Shown: positions 1-11,411 of the stretch, one piece after another
Numbering within the stretch: position 1 is the first letter of the stretch
Layout of the letters: each line of letters starts with the position of its first letter
From: Rhodospirillaceae bacterium
GTDB taxonomy: Bacteria; Pseudomonadota; Alphaproteobacteria; MPNO01; UBA2964
Direction: 5' to 3'
Assembly: GCA_038146885.1 (NCBI GenBank)
Contig: JAYQSM010000012.1
Span: forward strand, 75,318-139,317
Length of the DNA: 64,000 nt
Notes under the pieces: generated by a model
The model's database searches: none
The model's input: the letters and a program-made list of their open reading frames with translations, nothing else
Told to the model about the DNA's origin: nothing
Program-made: the position numbers and the translations under genes

Positions 1-225
1 GCGACGTAATAATATACAAAAATTATCAAACCAGGTGATGATACCCTGAAGTTTAACGCCATTCACCAAGAAGACAGTCACAGGAACTTTTTCCTTCCTG
101 ACAGCATTTAAAAATATATCTTGTAGATTTTGGCCCCTTTGCATGTTTTTTTCAGCCCCCCTTTCTAATAATTTTTCTCAATACCGGATTCTAATCTTAC
201 CAAAAAAACGATCTGCACTTCTGTT

Positions 226-906
226 TTAACATAAAGAGTTTAATCGATTGTATACAAGGCCCTTCAAGGAATTTAGATTATTAAAGACTAAATCCGGCTT
301 ATATCGACAACTGCTTATTGCGCTATCTAAATCATCCGAAATTAAAACAGCTAAACAGTCTGAGTTGACCGCACACTCCACATCAAGGTCTGTGTCTCCT
401 ACAAACCAGATGCATGCATCAGGTAGAATTCCAATTTGTTTTATGGCTAAATCAACAGGGTCTCGCTCTGGCTTATCTCTAATTGCATCAGAGGCACCGA
501 CAACCGCACCAAAATAGTGATTCCACCCGAGGTGAAACACTTCATTTCGAAGCTTCTCTCCACTCTTGTTGCTAACTACGCCGATCGGAATATTTTCACC
601 TTTCAGCATTAACAGGGTATCTTCAGCCCCCGTCTTAATGGCAAGTCGATCTAGATGAATTTTATTAAATCGTTCATAAAAAATATCTCGAGCTTCTTTC
701 CAATCATCCCCAAACATTTCAGGAAACGCCTCGCGCAATGCCTTTCGAACCCTCAATCGTGTTTCTGCCATACTCCAAGGAGGCAAACCCATATGAACCA
801 GTGTCACATTCATGGCATCCTGGATAACCGGCCATGTATCCACAAGAGTGTTATCCCAATCAAACAAGATTACCTCTGGTGAGCCTCCAATCTGTCTAAG
901 AGCCAA
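226..906 (-). CDS. HAD-IA superfamily hydrolase (phosphoglycolate phosphatase-like)
   Basis: 226-aa ORF. N-terminal motif I ILFDWDNTLVD (DxDxT) and a C-terminal GDTDLD-type motif typical of HAD hydrolases. Confidence 0.6.
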   Translation of the reverse strand: MALRQIGGSPEVILFDWDNTLVDTWPVIQDAMNVTLVHMGLPPWSMAETRLRVRKALREAFPEMFGDDWKEARDIFYERFNKIHLDRLAIKTGAEDTLLMLKGENIPIGVVSNKSGEKLRNEVFHLGWNHYFGAVVGASDAIRDKPERDPVDLAIKQIGILPDACIWFVGDTDLDVECAVNSDCLAVLISDDLDSAISSCRYKPDLVFNNLNSLKGLVYNRLNSLC

Positions 907-1726
907 TGGAACAACTCTCTAAATAATTTTTATAAAGTCTTTCTAGCAGGGTGGTCACTCGTCCTTTGATCCCTGATCCCACTGGATGTCCATCAATCTT
1001 GACTACAGAGCAAACTCCAGCTGTCGTGCTAGTTAAAAAGGCCTCGTTGGCAGACAAAGCTTCTTTCACCGAAAACCTTCGTTGTTGAATTTCTAACCCT
1101 TCAGCGCTCGCAAGAGCCAATGTTCGAGAACGAGTGACACCAGGTAAAATATCTATTCCTAACGGCCTGGTGACCAATCTTTCCATTTTATCAACTATCC
1201 AGGCATTGCTCGATGCACCCTCCGTAATATGATTATCATCATCAAAAAACCATGCTTCATAGCAACCTAATTCCGCAGCTTTTTGTTTAGCTAAAACATT
1301 TGGTAATAAGGAAATTGATTTTATATCTACCCGCCCCCAACGATTATCACGAAGGGTATGAACACCAACCCCATCGGTTCTCAATTCTTTTACTCGGTGT
1401 AAACCGTTTGCCAATATCACCAGGGCAGGCCTGACCCCTTGCCCAGGAAAGATGTGGTTTCTGCTGGCAACACCCCTGCTGATTTGTAAATAAACATGTC
1501 CATTCAAAATATTGTTGCGGGCTAAAACCTCTTTAATGAGCACTCGAAGAACCGCTTGACTCCAAGGGATGTAAATATCCAATTCGTTGAGAGAGTGAAA
1601 GAGGCGATCAAAATGCTCAGAAGAGTCAATTAGAACCCCTCTACGGACAGCAATTACTTCATAAACACCGTCGGAAAACTGATAGCCCCGATCCTCGACA
1701 TTGATGAAAGATTTCGATTTTGGCAA
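896..1726 (-). CDS. dat: D-amino-acid aminotransferase (PLP fold type IV)
   Basis: 276 aa. Matches Bacillus D-AAT along its length, including EDRGYQFSDGVYEV near the N-terminus, DIKSISLLPNVLAKQKAAELGCYEA and TEGASSNAWIV. Class IV aminotransferase; D-AAT fits better than IlvE or PabC. Confidence 0.6.
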   Translation of the reverse strand: MPKSKSFINVEDRGYQFSDGVYEVIAVRRGVLIDSSEHFDRLFHSLNELDIYIPWSQAVLRVLIKEVLARNNILNGHVYLQISRGVASRNHIFPGQGVRPALVILANGLHRVKELRTDGVGVHTLRDNRWGRVDIKSISLLPNVLAKQKAAELGCYEAWFFDDDNHITEGASSNAWIVDKMERLVTRPLGIDILPGVTRSRTLALASAEGLEIQQRRFSVKEALSANEAFLTSTTAGVCSVVKIDGHPVGSGIKGRVTTLLERLYKNYLESCSIGS

Positions 1727-1782
1727 GTACCTGCCATTTACATACGCGATGCTCAGTTTAAGGCCCTCTTTAAATGCATCAG

Positions 1783-3159
1783 TTAGAAAAATTCCAATCT
1801 GACCGCAAACAATTTTTCGACCGCTTTTACAGCCTCGGAGGCAGCAAATAACACGATCTGATCATTTGGCTGAATAAGGGTGTTTCCTCTCGGTAAGATA
1901 ACCTGATCTCCGCGAACGACGGCTCCGATTAGAATTCCTTCCGGAAGCTCAGCTTCTTCTATTCTTTTCCCAGAAAGAACAGAACTCTCTGAGACTTCTC
2001 CCTCTATCAATTCTCCAAAATCTGCTCCTAAAGAGTGAACTGAACTAATCCGACCTCGTCGGACATGCTGTAGAATCGTGGATGCGGTGATAGCTCGAGG
2101 GCTAATTGCTACATCAATTCCCAAGGAGGATATCAAAGGGGCATATGTCTGATTATTTACAAGTGCAATGGCACTTTTCGTACCAATTCTTTTTGCTAAA
2201 AGGGAGGCTAAGATATTTGTTTCATCGTCATTTGTTACCGCGATGATGGCCTCGCTCTCTTTCACTCTGGCTTCGCTCAGAATATCGGGGTCTATGACGT
2301 CACCGTGGATTACTACCGTTTCCTCCAAAAGGTCGGCCACCTCATGTGCCCTAGCGTAAGAGGATTCAACAATTCTAGCGCTGATCCCTGAGAACTCCTT
2401 TTCAATCATTTCAGCTAAAAAAGCCCCAATATGCCCCCCACCAGCTATAACGACGCGTCGCACTTCGGTATTTTCGACGCCAAAGACCCGCATAGCTCGC
2501 CCTATATTTTGTGTTTTTACAACAAAATATACTTGATCGCCTTCTTGTAACTGATCCGCGGGCTTGGGAACGAACCCGACTCCATCCCTCATTACCCCAA
2601 CCACAAATATCTCAAGATCCGGAAACAATTCGGTTAACTGGCGTAATGGCGTATTAATTACCGGGCACTCATCGCCGCAATGGACACCCAGCATCTGGAC
2701 CTTTCCACCAACAAGCGAAACAGTGTCAAACGAACCCGGCACCTGAAGACATCGAGTGATCGCGCGAGCAACCTCTATTTCAGGGGATATAATCACATCA
2801 ATAGGCATATGATCTCGGCTGAATAAATCCGCCCAGATGGGCTGGAGATAGCTTTGTTCCCTGATCCGAGCAATTTTGAGAGGAACGCTAAACATGGAAT
2901 GTGCAACTTGGCACGCCACCATATTTACTTCATCTAAATGAGTGACTGCCATTAGCATATCGACGTCAGCTGCTCCGGCTCGATCCAACGTATCAGGATG
3001 AGAGGCATGACCAACAATCGCCTGAACGTCGAGCGAGTCCGATATCTGCCTCACCAATTCTGGTGAAGAGTCAACAACGATTATATCATGCCCTTCGGAT
3101 GACAATTGCTGGGCAATATGAAAGCCAACTTGCCCTGCCCCGGCTATTATAATTTTCAT
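1783..3159 (-). CDS. trkA: Trk potassium uptake system NAD-binding subunit TrkA
   Basis: 458 aa. Two Rossmann domains (IIIAGAGQVG, VVIAGGGHIG), each followed by a TrkA-C domain. Conserved position downstream of ntrX. Confidence 0.85.
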   Translation of the reverse strand: MKIIIAGAGQVGFHIAQQLSSEGHDIIVVDSSPELVRQISDSLDVQAIVGHASHPDTLDRAGAADVDMLMAVTHLDEVNMVACQVAHSMFSVPLKIARIREQSYLQPIWADLFSRDHMPIDVIISPEIEVARAITRCLQVPGSFDTVSLVGGKVQMLGVHCGDECPVINTPLRQLTELFPDLEIFVVGVMRDGVGFVPKPADQLQEGDQVYFVVKTQNIGRAMRVFGVENTEVRRVVIAGGGHIGAFLAEMIEKEFSGISARIVESSYARAHEVADLLEETVVIHGDVIDPDILSEARVKESEAIIAVTNDDETNILASLLAKRIGTKSAIALVNNQTYAPLISSLGIDVAISPRAITASTILQHVRRGRISSVHSLGADFGELIEGEVSESSVLSGKRIEEAELPEGILIGAVVRGDQVILPRGNTLIQPNDQIVLFAASEAVKAVEKLFAVRLEFF

Positions 3160-3210
3160 GCTATTTCCGCACCCAAAAAAAGTCTCAGAATGATTTTCTG
3201 TCTCTAAATT

Positions 3211-4584
3211 CTATCCTGAAATGCCAAGAGATTTTAACTTTCTATGAAGAGCAGACCGTTCCATCCCAATGAATTTTGCGGTTTCTGATATATTTCCTCC
3301 AAACCGTATAACTTGCGACTTAAGATATTCCCGCTCAAAAATTTCACGCGCATCTCTTAGCGACAAGTCAATAAAGTCAGCTCCCGCATTCGATCCAATA
3401 GAAGCCCTTGATTTTGAATTTATGTCACTGGGAAGGCTTTCATTATGGATAACTCGATCTGGAGAGTCAGAGTACATGATTAGAAGCCACTCGACCAAAT
3501 TTCGCAACTGACGAACATTCCCCGGCCAATCATACCCCTGCAAAGAAGCCATTGCATCCGTTCCCAATCTCATAGGCGCAACCCCCGTCTCTTTTGAAGC
3601 TTTATCCATGAAATGCTCGATTAAAAGAGGGATATCAGTGGCTCTCTCATTCAAGGGAGGTATTGTGATGGGGACCACATTCAGTCGGTAAAAAAGATCT
3701 TCTCTGAATTTTCCTTCCTGAATAAGCGCTATAAGATCCTTATTCGTAGTCGCAAATACCCGAACGTCAGTTTTTATCATCTGATCACTCCCGACACGAC
3801 TAAAAGTTTGCTCCTGAAGGATACGAACAATTTTACCCTGGGTACCAAGAGGCATATCAGACACCTCATCAAGTAATAATGTTCCTCCATTTGCCTTTTC
3901 AAAAATACCAATAGTTCTCGATCCAATCGTTGGTGCCAGCTCTATTCCGAAAAGTTCTTCTTCCATACGTTCGGGTGACATAGTTGCACAATTTAGAACA
4001 ATGAAAGGATGGTCTTTTCTTTGAGATTTGGCATGAACTATCCGGGCTACAACCTCTTTTCCTGAGCCGGCTGGGCCTGAAATTAATAGTCGGCTTTCAG
4101 CCTGAGATACCCTTTCCACAATACTGCGTATATCATTTACAAAAGACGAAGCCCCAATTAACTCCAGTTCTTCATCTCGCTGTCTCCGCAATTCAGCATT
4201 CTCTTTTCGCAAAGCCAATGCATCCAGCGCATTTTTAATGATTAACAATAGCCGGTCTGCGTTGAAAGGCTTCTCTAAAAAATCAAAGGCTCCGAGTTTA
4301 ATCGCATTCACAGCGGTCCCAATGTCTCCATGTCCACTAATCATGATAACTGGGATAACGAAATTTATTTTTTTAATACGCTGAAGGAGCTGAATTCCGT
4401 CAAGTCCACTACCCTCCAACCAGATATCAAGAATAATCAAATCAGGAGACTCTTCTTCCACTATCTTAAGAGCAGTCTCTGCGTCACCAGACTCTAAGCT
4501 CTGATAATCTTCATCATCCAAAATGTCACAAATTAGGCGTCGTATATCCAATTCATCATCGATAACCAATATTTTAGCAGACAT
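3211..4584 (-). CDS. ntrX: sigma-54-dependent response regulator NtrX
   Basis: 457 aa. Receiver domain (ILVIDDELDIRRL), AAA+ sigma-54 interaction domain (GPAGSGKEVVARIVH, GAFxxA) and C-terminal HTH. Immediately downstream of ntrY. Confidence 0.8.
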   Translation of the reverse strand: MSAKILVIDDELDIRRLICDILDDEDYQSLESGDAETALKIVEEESPDLIILDIWLEGSGLDGIQLLQRIKKINFVIPVIMISGHGDIGTAVNAIKLGAFDFLEKPFNADRLLLIIKNALDALALRKENAELRRQRDEELELIGASSFVNDIRSIVERVSQAESRLLISGPAGSGKEVVARIVHAKSQRKDHPFIVLNCATMSPERMEEELFGIELAPTIGSRTIGIFEKANGGTLLLDEVSDMPLGTQGKIVRILQEQTFSRVGSDQMIKTDVRVFATTNKDLIALIQEGKFREDLFYRLNVVPITIPPLNERATDIPLLIEHFMDKASKETGVAPMRLGTDAMASLQGYDWPGNVRQLRNLVEWLLIMYSDSPDRVIHNESLPSDINSKSRASIGSNAGADFIDLSLRDAREIFEREYLKSQVIRFGGNISETAKFIGMERSALHRKLKSLGISG

Positions 4585-4588
4585 GCGA

Positions 4589-6877
4589 TCAAGTCCTGAT
4601 CTTCATTTCTTTTAGGCTCGTGGATGAGACTTGTTTAGATGACGCCAATTTTGGAAATACAATCGAAACAATGGCACCCTGTTCCGGATAACCACTAAGA
4701 TCTAATGTTCCACCATGGTCTTCTACAATCTTGTTCACTATAGCCAGCCCTAAACCAGTACCTTTTTTCTTGTCAGTTACATATGGCTCAGTCAGTCGTT
4801 TTCGGTCCTCAGGAAAACCTTTTCCGGTATCAATCACTTGAACTCGAATACCTCCAGACTTCACTTCATCTAAAATTATTTCAACGGCATGAGCTCGAAG
4901 CTCGGCCTCGCACTCATCGATAGAGTCAACTCCATTCTGAATCAGATTTATCATGACTTGGGATATTTGCTGTCGATCACAGTCTAAAGGCGGCAGATCC
5001 TGTTTGCATGAGATTACAAATTCGATGCTCTTATGGCTCGCCTCAAATAGAACGAGAGCATCCCGACAAATAGAAAACAAATCTTCTTGCTTAAAAATTG
5101 GTGCCGGTAACCTGGCAAAGGCCGAAAATTCATCGACTAGCCTGCCGATATCTGATACTCGCCTGACAATGGTCTCAGTACAATCCTTAAAAACATCCAA
5201 ATCTTTCTGTATCTGAGGTGTATATTTTTTTCCTAACCGCTCGGCCGCCAGCTGAATTGGGGTCAATGGGTTTTTTATTTCGTGGGCTATACGACGAGCC
5301 ACATCTGACCAAGCAGCCTTTCTTTGCGCAGCCAAAAGTTCAGTAACGTCATCAAAAGTGACTACGTAACCTGAACCGAGAAAGTCCCCTCCTTCTGAAG
5401 ACAGTCTTACCGAGAAGGACCTCGCCCCGTTTCCAATATCAATTGTAATTTCACCACTTACCTGCTGGAAATTTGATGAAATACATTTTTCAAAAAATTG
5501 CCCGAATTCAACAATAAGATCTGATAGCTTCTGATTTATAACGTTACTATTCTCACCAAACAAAAGAGTCCCAGCTGCACGATTAATCACATTTATACGA
5601 CCATTTCTATCCAAGCCAACAACCGCGGATGACACTCCGGACAGAACTGTTTCGATGAAATGTCTGCGTTCATCAAGTTGTTGATTAGCCGCGACGAGCT
5701 CCTGCCGCTGCGATCCAAGCTGTTCGGCCATACGATTGAAGGCACGGCTAAGCGTACCGAGTTCATCGGGCGCAGTAACTTCATCGACTCGAATGCTTAG
5801 ATCCCCGGCCCGAACAACCTCCGTAGCATTTACAAGTTCGCTTATTGGCCTTGCCAGACGGGAGGCGAACACAAGCCCCATCCAGACTGCCGCCAGGAGA
5901 AGGACCAATGACAGAAAAATGAACATCGTCGCCAGCGTTATTTCAATTTGAGACCGCTGTCCTTCCAAACTTTTGTATCTCTCGACCGCTCTCCGAGTAC
6001 GATCTACTCTGTTCATCACCCCTTGAGCCACTTTACGACTAACATCTAAATAGGCGTCCAGAAAAGGTTCTAACTTCATTAAACCTCGAATACTGTCCCC
6101 GGCCGGGGTCCGGAATATAATCAGTCCTCCATTATCCCTCCTGATCTTTTGCATCGCCCAACCGGGAACCGGGTCGCCGAATAGAACGAAGCCGCTACTG
6201 CTCCAGCTCGCAAAGACCCGCCCTTCAGAATTACGAACGAAAGCTTCATCTAACTCTCTCAGAGCAGCCTGAGCCGCCAAAAAGGGCTGTATTTCTTCTG
6301 GGTTTTTCGATATCCGGCGCGCCGAGCGGGAGAATTCATTTCCCACTGCCAGAATATCATCACGCAATGACCGCCTGTGCTCCTCGACATACGCATTCGC
6401 AATTTCATTTGATTCGTTTAGGGCCGAACGGACTACTGTATTAAACCAAGCTTCTACTCCTTGGGTGAACACGACCGACGACGATATCGCGACAATGATA
6501 GTGGGAATTGTCGCAACTATACTAAACAATAGAACCAATCGGGTATGCAAGCGAGAGCCAATGGCTCCCCGCCTTCTTTCAATCCAAATTCGAACAATAC
6601 GAGCGACAACGATGGCAGCCACTAGCAGGAACAGAATGGCATCTAATTGAAGAAAAAAAACGATTGATCCAACCCTGGTGCCCAAAGGAGACCAACCGAC
6701 CCAGGCCGCATAAGTCGCTATAGCGGATAGGAGAGCCGCGATTATGACGCAAACTGTCAGTTTTCTTCCAAGGCCTATTTGATGTGACCAGATCTGAATC
6801 GAGGCGAATGCCTTACTCAATTTCTCTTTGAAACAGGGAGAACCCACCCGTTCAAAGAAAGGTCTCCATCTGCCCAA
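4589..6877 (-). CDS. ntrY: sensor histidine kinase NtrY
   Basis: 762 aa. N-terminal TM segments and HAMP, PAS, HisKA (HEIKNPL) and HATPase_c domains (GTGLGLAIV). Located between ntrC and ntrX. Confidence 0.8.
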   Translation of the reverse strand: MGRWRPFFERVGSPCFKEKLSKAFASIQIWSHQIGLGRKLTVCVIIAALLSAIATYAAWVGWSPLGTRVGSIVFFLQLDAILFLLVAAIVVARIVRIWIERRRGAIGSRLHTRLVLLFSIVATIPTIIVAISSSVVFTQGVEAWFNTVVRSALNESNEIANAYVEEHRRSLRDDILAVGNEFSRSARRISKNPEEIQPFLAAQAALRELDEAFVRNSEGRVFASWSSSGFVLFGDPVPGWAMQKIRRDNGGLIIFRTPAGDSIRGLMKLEPFLDAYLDVSRKVAQGVMNRVDRTRRAVERYKSLEGQRSQIEITLATMFIFLSLVLLLAAVWMGLVFASRLARPISELVNATEVVRAGDLSIRVDEVTAPDELGTLSRAFNRMAEQLGSQRQELVAANQQLDERRHFIETVLSGVSSAVVGLDRNGRINVINRAAGTLLFGENSNVINQKLSDLIVEFGQFFEKCISSNFQQVSGEITIDIGNGARSFSVRLSSEGGDFLGSGYVVTFDDVTELLAAQRKAAWSDVARRIAHEIKNPLTPIQLAAERLGKKYTPQIQKDLDVFKDCTETIVRRVSDIGRLVDEFSAFARLPAPIFKQEDLFSICRDALVLFEASHKSIEFVISCKQDLPPLDCDRQQISQVMINLIQNGVDSIDECEAELRAHAVEIILDEVKSGGIRVQVIDTGKGFPEDRKRLTEPYVTDKKKGTGLGLAIVNKIVEDHGGTLDLSGYPEQGAIVSIVFPKLASSKQVSSTSLKEMKIRT

Positions 6878-6881
6878 AGTT

Positions 6882-8327
6882 TTACTCCTTCCAGGCCTTC
6901 ATGATCTCTATATCCAACTCTCTAATCTTTTTTCTCAAGGTATTCCGGTTTAGACCCAAAATATCTGCAGCCTTGACTTGATTACCTTTTACTGCCCTTA
7001 AGGTGCGTTCAAGCAAAGGCCTTTCAACCTCTTGTAATATCCTTCCGTGTAGCCCCGGGCTTGGCAAACTTCCCCTGAGAGAATTGAATAACAAAGCGAT
7101 GTGTCGATCAACGGAGTCAGAGAGAGTTGTGGGTATTTCTCCCACAGGGGAGATGGGATTTTGCATTCTAATCTCCTGCTCTAGTGCTTCAGCATTTATA
7201 ATCGTGTCCGTATGCAATGCTGCGACCCGCTGCATCATGTTCTCCAGTTCTCGAACATTACCCGGCCAATCATAAGCCTCCAGCACCATAAGTGCATCGA
7301 CCGTTAACGTTTTTGGAGGGGCACCCATCTCTTGGGCCTTCGCAAGAAAATGCCTGCTAAGATCAGCTATGTCCTCTTTTCTATCCCTCAAGGGCGGAAG
7401 TTTCATGGGTACAACGTTCAACCGATAAAATAGATCCTCTCTAAAACGACCCTCCGAGACTAACTGTCCCAAATCTCGATGCGACGCCGAAATAATCCTT
7501 ACGTCTGCCTTTAACAAATTACGACCGCCTACAGTAGTATACTCTCCTTCCTGCAGCACCCGTAATAAACGGGTCTGTGCCTCGATTGGCATGTCACCGA
7601 TTTCATCCAGAAATAGAGTTCCGTTTTGCGCCTGTTGAAACCGTCCAATTCCCGCCGCATGAGCGCCAGTAAAAGATCCCTTCTCATGACCAAATAAATC
7701 TGCTTCCACTAAATCCCTTGGTATCGCCGCCATATTGATAGCTACGAATGGGCCTTTCCGCCGACGCCCAAAATCGTGTAATGCCCTCGCAACCAATTCT
7801 TTCCCTGTACCCGACTCACCAGCTATCATCACCGTTAAGTCGCTCGTCATCAGTCTGGCAACTGTTCTATATATGTCTTGCATGGCCTGAGATCTCCCTA
7901 TCAGGGGAAGCTTCTCATCCTCTCCAGGCTCATCACATACTTCTGATGGTGCTCGAGCCGACACAGCGCGCTCCAAAACCCGCAATAATTCATCTAGATC
8001 AAATGGCTTAGGTACATATTCATACGCCCCTCGTTCAATGGCCTTCACCGCGGTCAGAAGAGTGCTCTGAGCACTCATAACTATTACCTTTAATTCAGGA
8101 CGCAATTGCCGGATTTGAGGCACAAGGTCGAGTCCATCAACATCTGGCATTCGGACATCGGTTATAACAACATCTCCGTCCCCAGCTTCTATCCAACGCC
8201 ATAACGTCCTTCCGTTGTCTGTTACCCTAACTGTGTAGCCCGCGCCACTAAGAGCACGATCAAGCACCATTCTGATTGCCCGATCGTCATCAGCAATGAG
8301 GACTAGGTTGCCGTTAGTATCAGACAT
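6882..8327 (-). CDS. ntrC: nitrogen regulation protein NR(I), sigma-54-dependent response regulator NtrC
   Basis: 481 aa. Receiver domain, sigma-54 activator domain ([27 protein letters not shown]), C-terminal Fis-type HTH. Confidence 0.85.
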   Translation of the reverse strand: MSDTNGNLVLIADDDRAIRMVLDRALSGAGYTVRVTDNGRTLWRWIEAGDGDVVITDVRMPDVDGLDLVPQIRQLRPELKVIVMSAQSTLLTAVKAIERGAYEYVPKPFDLDELLRVLERAVSARAPSEVCDEPGEDEKLPLIGRSQAMQDIYRTVARLMTSDLTVMIAGESGTGKELVARALHDFGRRRKGPFVAINMAAIPRDLVEADLFGHEKGSFTGAHAAGIGRFQQAQNGTLFLDEIGDMPIEAQTRLLRVLQEGEYTTVGGRNLLKADVRIISASHRDLGQLVSEGRFREDLFYRLNVVPMKLPPLRDRKEDIADLSRHFLAKAQEMGAPPKTLTVDALMVLEAYDWPGNVRELENMMQRVAALHTDTIINAEALEQEIRMQNPISPVGEIPTTLSDSVDRHIALLFNSLRGSLPSPGLHGRILQEVERPLLERTLRAVKGNQVKAADILGLNRNTLRKKIRELDIEIMKAWKE

Positions 8328-9414
8328 TCTCCAAGCCTAGTGAAACGGGTAAAAACACTCTAAACTCCGTTCCTTTAGATCCAGTATCAAATTCTATAAT
8401 TCCACCAAGGTCATCAATAGCCTTTGCAACAAATGCGAGCCCCAATCCGCTCCCATCAGGTTTAGTGGTTACAAATGGATCAAATAAATTTCCTGCCAAA
8501 GACTCCGGAATCCCTGGACCATTGTCTGTTATTGAAACACACAAAGGGAGCTGAACTCTTCCTGCACCGCCAGGAACCACAAGGCTTACTCCTCTTCTAA
8601 AAGAGGTTTTAATCAACACCTCGCCATTTTCGTCGTTTATTGCCTCGGAAGCATTTTTTATAATGTTTAAAAAAACCTGAACCAACAAATCAAAATTTCC
8701 AAAAACCTCCGGTAACGATGGGTCAAATTCAGTTACAAAATTGTTTTTCTGTCCAAAGCCAACAGCAGAGAGATTCAAAACTCTTTGGAGAATTTCATGT
8801 ATGTTTACCGGACCACGCTTCATAAAATCATTACCGCCAAAGACATCTATTCTATCCACGAGAGCACACACTCTGTCAGTTTCATCCTGGATTAATTTGG
8901 CCAAGGCCTGGTCCGCTCCGGTAACGGTTCGCTCTAGAAGTTGAGCGGCTCCGCGAATTCCAGAAAGTGGATTCTTGACCTCATGAGCCAACAAGGCCGC
9001 CATAGCTGTAACCGAGCGAGCTGCTTGGCGATACTCGAAATGGCGTTCCATAGATTTCACCGCGGATTGTTGATGAATGGATATAACCACCTCTTGGCCA
9101 TCTGTTCCCAGAGGTGAACCATTAACCATGAGAGACTTTCCACCACCCTGAGCCAAATTTATATCAACCCCATATTCAACAATACTCAACGCTCCATCAA
9201 TTACATGCGTGATCAAGTCAAAAATCGGACTATCGGAAGGAAGAATGCTGCTAAGAGGTTTCCCCTGTATTCGGCTCGCACCTTGTCCAAAAAAATGTTC
9301 GCCTGACGAATTCACATAGATGATTTCGTGGGCTTTATTTACGACAAAAATCGGAAATGGAAGAGAACCCAAAACTGATTTTTCACTCCCTACGATTTCA
9401 AAACGATCTGTCAT
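8320..9414 (-). CDS. ntrB: nitrogen regulation sensor histidine kinase NR(II) NtrB
   Basis: 364 aa. PAS domain, HisKA ([17 protein letters not shown]) and HATPase (GSGLGLAF). 8-bp overlap with ntrC. Confidence 0.8.
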   Translation of the reverse strand: MTDRFEIVGSEKSVLGSLPFPIFVVNKAHEIIYVNSSGEHFFGQGASRIQGKPLSSILPSDSPIFDLITHVIDGALSIVEYGVDINLAQGGGKSLMVNGSPLGTDGQEVVISIHQQSAVKSMERHFEYRQAARSVTAMAALLAHEVKNPLSGIRGAAQLLERTVTGADQALAKLIQDETDRVCALVDRIDVFGGNDFMKRGPVNIHEILQRVLNLSAVGFGQKNNFVTEFDPSLPEVFGNFDLLVQVFLNIIKNASEAINDENGEVLIKTSFRRGVSLVVPGGAGRVQLPLCVSITDNGPGIPESLAGNLFDPFVTTKPDGSGLGLAFVAKAIDDLGGIIEFDTGSKGTEFRVFLPVSLGLENV

Positions 9415-9443
9415 AAATTGCTTCTAAAACCAAGAACAACCGC

Positions 9444-10439
9444 TTAGGCAGCCATACCTTGCTCAAAAAGACCCACAAAATAGGATTCGATCAGGGCAAC
9501 CACGCCTTTCGGATCTGATATGGAATTTACCTTCGCACGAAATTCTGCCGATCTCGGAAGACCTTTCGTATACCATCCCAAATGTTTCCGAGCCATTCTC
9601 ATCCCTGCCAGCTCTCCATAGTGAAGAAGCATCTCTTCGTAGTGTGAACGAATTAGAGAATATTGCCGTTGCAATGGCGGTACCGGTTTTGTTTTTCCAG
9701 TTTTCAAGAAATCCATAACTTGTTTTAAAAACCAGGGACGACCATATGCACCTCGTCCGATCATAACCCCATCTGCCTTAGATTTCAGCAAAACATCCTC
9801 TACATCCTTGAAGGTCTGTATGTCACCATTGGCAATAACTGGAAGTTTGACAGCTTCCTTAACCCGGGCAATAAAATCCCAATCAGAGTGTCCATTATAA
9901 AATTGACACCGAGTTCTTCCGTGAACTGTGATCATTTGAATCCCGGTCTCTTGAGCAATCTTCGCTAACCTTGGGGCGTTCCTGTTATTATCATCCCAAC
10001 CCGTGCGCATTTTCAGAGTGACCGGCAATGACACTGCTTTAACTGTGGCCTCCATAATACGGGCTGCTTTGTCCTCTTCCCGCATGAGCGCAGAACCCGC
10101 ATAGCCATTGACCACCTTCTTAGCCGGACATCCCATATTGATATCAATGATCGCTGCGCCCCGGTCTTCATTTAACTTTGCCGCCTCGGCCATTATTTTA
10201 GGATCGCAACCGGCCAGTTGGACTGCCATCGGAAATTCTTCCGCGCAGTTGGATGCCATTTTTAATGTTTTCCGATTGGCATTTATCATTGCTTGACTGG
10301 CGATCATTTCAGATACCACTAGTCCAGCTCCCTCCTTCTTGACCAACTTTCTGAAGGGTAAGTCTGTAACACCTGACATTGGTGCGAGGATAACAGGATC
10401 GACAATTTCAACCGCGCCAATTTTTATAGCTTTCTTCAA
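9444..10439 (-). CDS. dusB: tRNA-dihydrouridine synthase B (NifR3 family)
   Basis: 331 aa. TIM-barrel Dus family (LAPMSGVTDLPFR, CPAKKV, GDI). Classic position upstream of ntrBC. Confidence 0.85.
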   Translation of the reverse strand: MKKAIKIGAVEIVDPVILAPMSGVTDLPFRKLVKKEGAGLVVSEMIASQAMINANRKTLKMASNCAEEFPMAVQLAGCDPKIMAEAAKLNEDRGAAIIDINMGCPAKKVVNGYAGSALMREEDKAARIMEATVKAVSLPVTLKMRTGWDDNNRNAPRLAKIAQETGIQMITVHGRTRCQFYNGHSDWDFIARVKEAVKLPVIANGDIQTFKDVEDVLLKSKADGVMIGRGAYGRPWFLKQVMDFLKTGKTKPVPPLQRQYSLIRSHYEEMLLHYGELAGMRMARKHLGWYTKGLPRSAEFRAKVNSISDPKGVVALIESYFVGLFEQGMAA

Positions 10440-10516
10440 GGCGCGAATCTCCTGCTGCCCAAATTTCGAGCAGAATACTTCTCATACAGACAAAAAACAA
10501 AGAATAATTTGGCTTA

Positions 10517-11314
10517 TCAAGCTGTCCCTAAGGAATGATGGACTAATTTTACTCCGGGATAAGCGAGCGTAAGAAATAACCATATCAACAGTACCAATCG
10601 GGCAGCCCGACGTCCTCTCAAACCAACAACCACCCTAAAGGCTTCCAAAACGCCCAGCACAATCAATGCTAAAAAGACAAAAATCGTTTTGTGATCGAGG
10701 ACGATAAAATTTCCATGAGCAATATACTCTGCACTCAAACCAGTTAAAATTCCGCAAATGATAAAGAGTAAAGATACCCTCAATAGCCTTGTTTCAATCT
10801 GCTCAGATTGAGACAACGTAGGCAAAACATTCACAAATCCTCTTTGCTTTTTTAGCTTCAAATTTCGTTCTCGCAGGGCCGCTGAAACCCCTGCAATTGC
10901 CGCCAAAGTGACAAGAGAATATGTAGAGACTGAGAAGGCAATATGAGCCCAAACCCATTTGGTTGGGTTGATTGTACCCGCCAAGACCTGATCTTCAGAA
11001 TAAAATAGGAGCGCAAATAAACAAAGAATAAATAAATATGGCAAGAGAAGTACTGCAAGCCCCTCTCCATTGGAAGATAGCGTGATCAGAGCCAGAAAAA
11101 CAAGCAGCGTACAACCAACCGATAACCATAAAGATCCCGAGAAACCCGAATTCCAATTTTCAGCAAATTGCCAGGCTATCACCGAGCCCACACTCGCAAT
11201 GCAGGCCAACAAGAGCGGAAGCAGTTTAATAACCGATCCTCTTAAAGCCCCTAACCAAGTGACGGCCATACATATCAACGCTGTAGACGCTAGGATAAAA
11301 TAGAGGTTTGTCAT
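10517..11314 (-). CDS. cytochrome c assembly family inner membrane protein (YpjD/CcsA-like)
   Basis: 265 aa, polytopic membrane protein. Same architecture as E. coli YpjD (PF01578), including a conserved W-rich segment and a C-terminal TLAYPGVKLVHHSL-like tail. The family call is tentative. Confidence 0.5.
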   Translation of the reverse strand: MTNLYFILASTALICMAVTWLGALRGSVIKLLPLLLACIASVGSVIAWQFAENWNSGFSGSLWLSVGCTLLVFLALITLSSNGEGLAVLLLPYLFILCLFALLFYSEDQVLAGTINPTKWVWAHIAFSVSTYSLVTLAAIAGVSAALRERNLKLKKQRGFVNVLPTLSQSEQIETRLLRVSLLFIICGILTGLSAEYIAHGNFIVLDHKTIFVFLALIVLGVLEAFRVVVGLRGRRAARLVLLIWLFLTLAYPGVKLVHHSLGTA

Positions 11315-11411
11315 ACGATAATCGTACTAAGTGCAGTATTGTTATCGAAATAAAAAAAGTTCGCTATATTCCCACTCTAGCCGAGAAAAGCAAAAATGCG
11401 AGAACCAAATT

